Source: Planctomycetota bacterium
GTDB taxonomy: Bacteria; Planctomycetota; Planctomycetia; Pirellulales; UBA1268
Assembly: GCA_003670865.1 (NCBI GenBank)
Contig: QWQJ01000166.1
Coordinates: forward strand, 1 to 34,788
Direction of reading: 5' to 3'
DNA length: 34,788 nucleotides
Shown: one piece after another, positions 20,540 through 27,448 of the stretch
Position numbering within the stretch: position 1 is the stretch's first letter
Layout of the letters: each line of letters starts with the position of its first letter
Translations under genes and position numbers: made by a program
The notes under the pieces: generated by a model
The model's input: only the letters and a program-made list of their open reading frames with translations
Databases searched by the model: none
What the model was told of the DNA's origin: nothing

Positions 20540-20551
20540 AGGCACTACCGA

Positions 20552-21799
20552 TTATACCAGTTGGGTAAGCGGTCTGTTTTCGCCGCAGAACTCCTGCCAG
20601 GAGATGTCCCGGCCTGTTTGTGCAGCCATCCGCCCCATCATTGCCACTAGCGTACTATGAACAATTTGGGGACCATCGTTCACAGCAGATCCGCTTCGCA
20701 CGCTTTCAAGCAGAGCATTCATTCCGGCCTGATACCTATGCGAAATCCGGTCGTAATTTTTACGGTAATTCCAACGGTTGGCCTCCTGTGGCATTGCTAA
20801 AAGATCACACCTACCGGCCGAGCCAATCACCACTTCTTCCGCCATTGACTCTGTGCCCTCGGCACGCCGGCAAGCAGCCAGCACAACGCTCCCGTCGGCA
20901 AAGCGATATCGCACATCTGTGCCAGTGGGACAGTCACCGATTGACCAGCGATCCCTCGGTTCGGTGAACTGCGTGCCCATGGCCGACACTGGTGCGGCAT
21001 CACCAAGCGCCCAGAGCGCCTTATCGAGGGCGTGGATGTGGTGCTCGACAAAGTGGCCTCCTGAAAACTCGGCAAAAGAGATCCAGTTGCGGTGTCGCCA
21101 TGCGGCCTGGCTCCAACCGGCTTGAATGGGTTTTCGCCAAGGCAGGCCGATCGTGGCTTTAATCCGCACCGCCAGTGGCTGGCCAATCTGGCCGTCATGA
21201 ATTTGCCGCATGAAGGCAGCGGTCGGTTCATCGCGGCGAAAGCAGAGCCCCGAGACAAGCGATACTTTTTGAGCGAGGGCCAACTTGCAGGCCGCTTTGA
21301 CCTGATGCACGCCGGGAATGTCGATGGCCACCGGCTTCTCGCAAAACAGATGCTTACCGCCGCGAACGGCCGCCGACAGATGCAGGGGGCGAAGGTGCGG
21401 CGGTGCCGTCAGCAGCACCAGATCAACGCCTGCGTCAATCACGCTCTGATAGGCAGTTGTGCCCACGAATCGCCGTTCCATCGGGCAGTCAAATTGTGAT
21501 CCAAGGTTGGTGAGAAGTCCTGCACTGCTGGCAATCTGATCAGCAAAAAGATCTCCCATCGCTACGACTTGCACACCGGGGTCGGCCGCTGCTGCTTGGA
21601 AAGCCGCTCCGGTGCCGCGACCCCCACACCCGATCAGGCCAACTCGAATGCGGTCATCGCCACTGGCAAACGCGCCGCCGACGGGCAGAGTTGCCAAACC
21701 ATTGGCAGCAGCGACGGTGAGTGCCGTTGTCAGTGAACCGCCGAGAAAAGTGCGTCGCGACGCTCGATCTGGCTTTGTAACCGGTTGTGGGTTTTGCAT
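20552..21799 (-). CDS. Tat-exported Gfo/Idh/MocA family oxidoreductase
   Basis: Twin-arginine SRRTFLG, Rossmann IGCGGRG, HLFCEKP, EHHIHALD; AAGGA RBS 5 nt before ATG 21799. Confidence 0.9.
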   Translation of the reverse strand: MQNPQPVTKPDRASRRTFLGGSLTTALTVAAANGLATLPVGGAFASGDDRIRVGLIGCGGRGTGAAFQAAAADPGVQVVAMGDLFADQIASSAGLLTNLGSQFDCPMERRFVGTTAYQSVIDAGVDLVLLTAPPHLRPLHLSAAVRGGKHLFCEKPVAIDIPGVHQVKAACKLALAQKVSLVSGLCFRRDEPTAAFMRQIHDGQIGQPLAVRIKATIGLPWRKPIQAGWSQAAWRHRNWISFAEFSGGHFVEHHIHALDKALWALGDAAPVSAMGTQFTEPRDRWSIGDCPTGTDVRYRFADGSVVLAACRRAEGTESMAEEVVIGSAGRCDLLAMPQEANRWNYRKNYDRISHRYQAGMNALLESVRSGSAVNDGPQIVHSTLVAMMGRMAAQTGRDISWQEFCGENRPLTQLV

Positions 21800-21820
21800 G
21801 TGCATCCTTGTGAAGGGCTT

Positions 21821-21876
21821 CGCTGTGACTCGGTGCCCCAGCGGTCGTTTGTTCTGGCACCGAAGTGGACACAGCG
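21821..21876. repeat. Imperfect inverted repeat / 56-nt hairpin upstream of the oxidoreductase
   Basis: Nested pairs CGCTGTG/CACAGCG and TCGGTGCC/GGCACCGA. Confidence 0.55.
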
Positions 21877-22060
21877 TTTAGTAAGCAACGAATATCAATA
21901 CTTTAAACCTGCGGCTCTGGCGGAGGCAAATCGGGCAGGCGTGGTTGTAGGGCCTACACGCAAACCGCCGGGCAGCGGAGTCCTGTCTTTGCCGGAGTGG
22001 TAGGTTCCCGGCCCTGCTATCATATTGACGCTGTTCACTCGTCAGCCGAGTCGGTCTCGC

Positions 22061-23284
22061 TCAGCGGTCTTTTGTGCGCAGACGGACGACGAATTTCATG
22101 ACAGGCTCCTCAATCGCAGCCGGAGTTACGCCAAAAGCCTGCGTAAACTCATGCAGACGCTGGGCGGGGGAATCGTCTTCCAGCGGCTGCTTTTTGCCGA
22201 TCGTTTTCAGGTAGGAAACAAACGCCGCCTTGCGAGTTTGAACGAGGAAGTAGGTCAAGGCCCACGCCCGTGCGTAGGCATCGATCGCATCCTCGGCGTG
22301 GCGAAATGGCTCGTCGGCTAACACAATGGACTCCAGGCTGCCCGGTCGATAGCGAGCTAAAAATCGCTCCCGCCTCGGTTTATTCACGATGCCGATTCCC
22401 CGCCAGCCCCGCTCGCTGCCTAGGTCAGGTGTTTCAAAGTAGGTTGCGATTCCTTCGCTCAACCACAGCGGTACAGGGGCGAGTCGCTGGTGCATGCCGC
22501 AGTTAAATGCCAGCTGGTGAGTGGCTTCATGCACGAGCGTGGCCACAAGACCGGAAGCCTCTGGGCTGGCCAAAATGTCGAGGCCAGCTCGGCCGGCTGA
22601 ACTGGCCGGCTTTTGTTTCAGCATGTCGCTGCCGGTGAGGTCAAATGTCGTTATCCGATTGTTCATCAGGTTGTAGTAGCCCACCACGCGGTCGGTCGCG
22701 GCGCCGAGATCGTTTTGGGCCAGGGCAGCGTAACGCTGACGATCAGAAAAGATCACAACGATCAGCGGTCGCCGGGGCTCCGTTAAGGCAAAGTCGGCCT
22801 TGTCCCAGTAGTTTCTGAATCCTTCGTAGAGCCTTTCAAAAAGCGCACCACACCACTGTGCATAGGCTCGCTGAGTGTCAAAACAGATGAGGTAGTGCTT
22901 GGTGATATGCAGATCAAATCCCGGCGGCAGTTCCCCCAGAATGCGTCGTCCCAGTGCTCGTGGCGACTCTCCTTCCAAGGGGCCGTTGAGCGTTGCCCGC
23001 AACACAATCTCTGGTGGCTGTAGAAGCTTGAGGCTCTCATCCGGCAGTTCTACAAGTAATCCGCCGTCAACCGCTTCGACAAGGACCGCGGCCTCCAACG
23101 AGCGAACCCCAGCCTCCGAACGAACTTCAATTCGTTCGATTTCCACAGAGGCGTCTGCGGCCAGTGCGATGCCTGTGCGGTCAGGGTCAATGCACAAAAC
23201 ACTGAGCAATGCTGCCCCGACAACGGCAGCGAAATATGCGGCGATGCGAGGCGACGGCAAAAAACACAGCGTGAGCGAACGCAC
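22061..23284 (-). CDS. DUF1570-like secreted zincin-type protein
   Basis: HExxH in LVHEATHQLAFNCG, followed by PLWLSEGIATYFE and YARAWALTYFL; VVGYY; N-terminal hydrophobic signal. Confidence 0.85.
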   Translation of the reverse strand: MRSLTLCFLPSPRIAAYFAAVVGAALLSVLCIDPDRTGIALAADASVEIERIEVRSEAGVRSLEAAVLVEAVDGGLLVELPDESLKLLQPPEIVLRATLNGPLEGESPRALGRRILGELPPGFDLHITKHYLICFDTQRAYAQWCGALFERLYEGFRNYWDKADFALTEPRRPLIVVIFSDRQRYAALAQNDLGAATDRVVGYYNLMNNRITTFDLTGSDMLKQKPASSAGRAGLDILASPEASGLVATLVHEATHQLAFNCGMHQRLAPVPLWLSEGIATYFETPDLGSERGWRGIGIVNKPRRERFLARYRPGSLESIVLADEPFRHAEDAIDAYARAWALTYFLVQTRKAAFVSYLKTIGKKQPLEDDSPAQRLHEFTQAFGVTPAAIEEPVMKFVVRLRTKDR

Positions 23285-23628
23285 AAAGGGGGGCCTTCAT
23301 CACGGAGAGCGAGGGTCTTAATCAGTCCTCACTCTGTATGCGACCAGTTTCACCAGGAACTCGAAAGTGCAAATCCAGATGGAAGTACCCGAAACCCCCC
23401 AGTTGCCGACAGTAGCCATGAGTAAGAAAACTGTCAGCGGCCTGACATTGCTCTGGTTTTCGGCGTTTCACTCGGCTACTTTTGCCGCCCGGTCGCAGTT
23501 TCTTTTCAGCACTGTTTATGCATTTTCACCACCACCACCATTGTGTGCGGCAACCGATGATCGACTTCATTTTAAAGGCTTACCCTTGTGCGATAGAGTC
23601 GCATCCGATGGGGTTTTGGCCGGTTAGA

Positions 23629-24309
23629 ATGGCTCCGCGACTGGCTCGAAACGTCACGATTGCGTTGGCCAGTCTCGTGCTTTCAGGCTGTGCCGGCTGG
23701 GCACCTTGGAAAGACCCAGCTCAGATTGCCAAAAACCAAGAAAAATATGGCCTCACAGCCGATCAGAGAATCAAAATGCTCGAGGAAAAGACAAAAGTTT
23801 GTAAAGCCAATGGAGTCGAGCAACAGGAAATGTTTACACAGGACTTGATCCAGAAGATGCTCGAAGAGCACGACCCGAGAGTGCGGTGCGCTATTTTGGA
23901 CGCAGCGGCCGACTTTAATGACTCGGCGGCCTTGGCAATCTGTCGTGGTAGCCTTGACGACCCCGATCCACGGGTGCGAGTGGATGCCTGCCGAGCATGG
24001 CGGAAGCGGGGCGGTGAAGAGGCGGTCACGCTACTGGCTGCCCGTTATCAGGCCGACACGGAACTCGATGTGCGACTTGAATCACTGCGGATGCTCGGCG
24101 AACTCAAAGACAAGTCAGCCATTCCGGTCCTTGCCAAGGCCCTTGAAGATGCCGATCCGGCCGTCCAATACAGGGCAGTTGGCTCGCTTAAAAAAGTGAG
24201 CGGGCAGAATCTGGGCGACGATGTCAATAAGTGGCGGGAATGGGCGGCAGATCCAAATGCCAAAACTTCCGTATGGTCCACTGCTGAAATATTCAAGCAG
24301 ATATTTTAG
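23629..24309 (+). CDS. HEAT-repeat lipoprotein
   Basis: Lipobox LSG|C after a basic plus hydrophobic leader; repeats DPRVRCA, DPRVRVDAC, LDVRLES, DPAVQYRAV. Start provisional (23629 or 23608). Confidence 0.8.
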   Translation: MAPRLARNVTIALASLVLSGCAGWAPWKDPAQIAKNQEKYGLTADQRIKMLEEKTKVCKANGVEQQEMFTQDLIQKMLEEHDPRVRCAILDAAADFNDSAALAICRGSLDDPDPRVRVDACRAWRKRGGEEAVTLLAARYQADTELDVRLESLRMLGELKDKSAIPVLAKALEDADPAVQYRAVGSLKKVSGQNLGDDVNKWREWAADPNAKTSVWSTAEIFKQIF

Positions 24310-24541
24310 TGATCTTTGCGAGTGGGCCGCAGCTCGAGAAGTCGTTCTCTTTTTTGGATGCGGGCGACCGCAGAGCGAATTCATCATCAAAGTCGTATGG
24401 CGTAATAAGCACAAGCTAGAGCACCGGGGCAGTCTACAAAAACCTTCGGGAGACTTTTCCAGATTTCAGGGTTTCGCAGGCTGATTCAGCCGATACCCCT
24501 ACCACACCCTGTGTTCATATTCCTACAAGCCGAAACTATTA

Positions 24542-26212
24542 ATGCAGCCTTCACTTCGGCGAAAAATTTGTCACACGCTGGTCCCAGAAGGCCGTCGGGG
24601 AAAGTTTTTTCGATTCACACGCAGTTCGCTACTTTTCGCATTAGCAACCGCTGCTGTCATCGCTGGCGTCAGTCCATTGGACACGCCGTTTGCAGCCCCG
24701 CCCACCAAGGCCAGCAAGTCCAAAAGATTCTTTGAGTCGCTGCTTTCGCGCCCCGAAAAGCCGCCTCAATTCATTGAGGCCCCAACGCCTCCGACCGCCG
24801 AGCAGGTGGGGCAAACGCCTCGATCACCCCCGGTAGTTGTCGTTCGAGAAGTCACTCCTGCACCAGTTCGAACCGTTCGTCTACCCGGCTGGGACGAAAC
24901 CACGGCCTTTGTATCATCGCTGGTGAAATCGGCACAGCAGGTAGCGACCAGTGCCGCCGATCCGGGATTTCAGCCAGTTCCCAAGCCAAAGCCACCGCAA
25001 CCCTCGGTGATTCCAGAGGCCGTGGCTGCTCGACGCCCTGCCTCTGGGCCCCAGGCAGTGCCGGCAACGACTCCCAGTCCCCGTTCAAAAAATAAGTATG
25101 CCAGTAACAAGCCCTCAGGAACCCCGGCCCCGTCATCCAAGCGATTGGCAGCGCTGCGAGTGCGCATCGCGCAGACGCTTGCTGTGTATCAGCGGCATGC
25201 GCTCAACACCCAAGAGCACACCCCGTGGGAAGTGATGCACGGCTTCATTGCCTTTGGTATTCCCACTCGTGTGCGAGTGGGCGGACCGGCCGGTGATTTA
25301 GTCAACGCCATTGGTTGGTCAAATATGGGTGGCCGCTGTAAGGGGCAGGTGATGCTAGCGGCGTCTGGTGACCGCTTGATGGCCATGAAGGGAATTGGCG
25401 TTCAGGGCCACTCCGCCCAGTACCTAGCCATCTTGGCCCAGTGCCGCGTGGCGGCAAACTCCCCGATCACGCTGCAATCAAAATCATTCCAACTCAACCA
25501 CCTCGTCGAAGAGGAAAAACTCTCCTGTAAGACTGGCACAGAACTAACCTTCGCATTGATTGCTTTGTCGCACTACCTCCCCTCTGACGCCCAGTGGCAA
25601 AGCCGCGATGGCAAAGAGTGGTCATTGGAAAAACTGGCCGCTGAAGAGATCGAGCAGCCGATTCGCGGCGCACCCTGTGGTGGTACGCACCGGCTTTTTG
25701 GCCTAGCCTACGGCTGCCAGCGACGCCTTAAGGCCACCGGCCAACTCGATGGCGTCTATTTGCGAGCCGATAAGTTTGTCCGCGACTATCAGAAATTCAC
25801 GCTCACAAAACTTCAGAATCCAGACGGTTCATTTAGTACCGAATGGTTTAAATATCCCGCCGACCGTAACGATGATGCCGATCGCAAGATCCAAACCACG
25901 GGCCACATTCTGGAGTGGCTGACCGCCTCGCTGGACCAAGAAGCGCTCTACCAGCCCCGCATTTTAGCGGCGGTGGAATTTTTGGCGGCGGCCCTTGTCA
26001 GGGAGCCGTCAAGGGAGTGGAAGATTGGCCCGCTGGGTCATGCCTTGCACGCTCTGTGCATCTATCAAGAAAGAGTTTGGGGAGTCGTCTTACCGGGCGG
26101 CATTGCGGCATTCCACGGAACGATGAAGGCTGGCCAACCCCTCATTGCGAAACAACCGACCACTGGCACTCGACGAGCCGACAACCAGACAAAGGAGAAG
26201 CTCCTTCGCTAG
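24542..26212 (+). CDS. Exported protein with Pro-rich linker and His-rich alpha-helical C-terminal domain; function unknown
   Basis: 556-aa ORF; hydrophobic N-terminal segment; Pro/Ala/Ser/Thr-rich linker; motifs WEVMHG, QGHSAQ, CGGTH, QNPDGSFS, TGHILEWL, GHALHAL. Confidence 0.75.
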   Translation: MQPSLRRKICHTLVPEGRRGKFFRFTRSSLLFALATAAVIAGVSPLDTPFAAPPTKASKSKRFFESLLSRPEKPPQFIEAPTPPTAEQVGQTPRSPPVVVVREVTPAPVRTVRLPGWDETTAFVSSLVKSAQQVATSAADPGFQPVPKPKPPQPSVIPEAVAARRPASGPQAVPATTPSPRSKNKYASNKPSGTPAPSSKRLAALRVRIAQTLAVYQRHALNTQEHTPWEVMHGFIAFGIPTRVRVGGPAGDLVNAIGWSNMGGRCKGQVMLAASGDRLMAMKGIGVQGHSAQYLAILAQCRVAANSPITLQSKSFQLNHLVEEEKLSCKTGTELTFALIALSHYLPSDAQWQSRDGKEWSLEKLAAEEIEQPIRGAPCGGTHRLFGLAYGCQRRLKATGQLDGVYLRADKFVRDYQKFTLTKLQNPDGSFSTEWFKYPADRNDDADRKIQTTGHILEWLTASLDQEALYQPRILAAVEFLAAALVREPSREWKIGPLGHALHALCIYQERVWGVVLPGGIAAFHGTMKAGQPLIAKQPTTGTRRADNQTKEKLLR

Positions 26213-26248
26213 GGTCGCCTGCATCGCTCGCTCAAAAGCCACCGATTC

Positions 26249-26277
26249 TTGCCCTCGGGCGTCTTCGGCCGTACGCT
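26249..26277 (+). promoter_or_regulatory. Candidate sigma70-like promoter for the diadenylate cyclase-polA region
   Basis: TTGCCC-N17-TACGCT in the intergenic gap, about 175 nt before the start codon. Confidence 0.5.
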
Positions 26278-26452
26278 ATCCCGTTGGAGAGTGGTAGTTT
26301 ATCGATTTTTCACTCGTCGGTGAGTGAATTTTTGATCACCCACCATCTCGTGAGTGTGGCTGCATTCAACGCCGGGATGCCTTGCGATGCACCACTCCGT
26401 AGCAGGCGATTGTGACTCTTGAAAAAAATGAATTCGTCGCTGGAGCGGATTG

Positions 26453-27382
26453 ATGACATCTTCCAACATCACTCAACAGCTGGAGCATCTGCTGGAAGGC
26501 GGCGCTCGCCTCTTTGAGGCAACGGGCTCTGACGCGATTTTGCTGCTGGTCGATCAGCGGTACGACTGGGAACATGTGCGCAGTCTTGTGGGCGCAGCGA
26601 CGGTGCTCGTGGCTGCGGACGAAGAGGGTCAGCTGTCGGGAACCGCAGACCACGGCCTACGGGAAGTGCTGCTGGATGTTGCGGGGTTGCCGGTGCATGA
26701 GCGGCTGGCGCAGGCACTTCTTGAATGTGTTGCTGCTGAGATGATCGCCCCAGAAGCGCAGGTCGTTGCTATCTACAGCGGCTTCGAAGCCGGCACGATC
26801 GATTCGATGAGTGTGTTGCGGCTGGAAGAACACCTCGGCCAACTCACCAGCCGTGATCTGCGCAATCTTGAAACCAAGGTGCCACTAGAAACCCTCAAAC
26901 TGGTCGTTGACCTGGCGGTTGAAATTGGCCGCGAGGGCCGCGAGGGCAAGCCTGTCGGCACGCTGTTTGTTGTGGGCGATGCTCGCAGGGTGATGCAGTC
27001 GAGCCACGCCACGGGGTTTGATCCGGTTCGTGGCTACAACCGTTCGGAGCGCAAGCTCACCGATCCGCGGGTCCGCGAGGGAATCAAGGAGATTGCCCAA
27101 CTCGACGGTGCCTTTGTGGTCTGCGCCGACGGTACAGTGGAGGGAGCGGCAAGGTACATCGACGCCTCTGCCGAGAATGTGTCGGTGGCCAAGGGCCTCG
27201 GTGCCCGGCACTGGGCTGCGGCTGCAATCACCCGACGCACTCGCAGCGTGGCAGTGGCCGTCAGTGAAACCAACGGCACAGTGCGTATTTTTCAGAATGG
27301 TGAAGTGGTGCTCCGCATCGAACCCTTCCGCCGCGCGATGAAGTGGAAAGATTTTGAATACGAGCTACCGAGCGGCGATTGA
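26453..27382 (+). CDS. Diadenylate cyclase (DisA_N/DAC domain), soluble DacZ/CdaZ-like architecture
   Basis: EIGREGREGKPVGTLFVVGD, KEIAQLDGAFVV (DGA at 27104-27112), GLGARHWAAAAIT (RHW at 27206-27214), VSETNGTVRIFQNG. About 130-aa N-terminal alpha/beta domain, no TM, no HhH tail; GGAG RBS. Confidence 0.88.
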   Translation: MTSSNITQQLEHLLEGGARLFEATGSDAILLLVDQRYDWEHVRSLVGAATVLVAADEEGQLSGTADHGLREVLLDVAGLPVHERLAQALLECVAAEMIAPEAQVVAIYSGFEAGTIDSMSVLRLEEHLGQLTSRDLRNLETKVPLETLKLVVDLAVEIGREGREGKPVGTLFVVGDARRVMQSSHATGFDPVRGYNRSERKLTDPRVREGIKEIAQLDGAFVVCADGTVEGAARYIDASAENVSVAKGLGARHWAAAAITRRTRSVAVAVSETNGTVRIFQNGEVVLRIEPFRRAMKWKDFEYELPSGD

Positions 27383-27448
27383 TTCGTCAGGCAGATCCCG
27401 CCCCACTTTTTCGACATTCGTTTTATCCGCGGGCGGCCTCATTCAAAA

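Noticed and set aside
20525-20545. TTCAAATCC resembling a tRNA T-loop
   Set aside because: No cloverleaf and only a 50-nt gap; better explained as a promoter -35 region.
21826-21838. GGCACCGAGTC on the minus strand, resembling the SpCas9 tracrRNA 3' hairpin
   Set aside because: Only a short match; no cas genes or repeat-spacer array in the window.
21991-22015. GCCGGAGTGGTAG resembling a tRNA 5' end
   Set aside because: No anticodon arm, T arm or acceptor 3' strand; just a small GCCGG/CCGGC hairpin.
26214-26410. 6S RNA or SRP RNA (long rod-like pairing is possible)
   Set aside because: No SRP helix-8 motif or clear 6S central bubble, and the putative promoter lies inside the 5' arm; treated as a leader instead.
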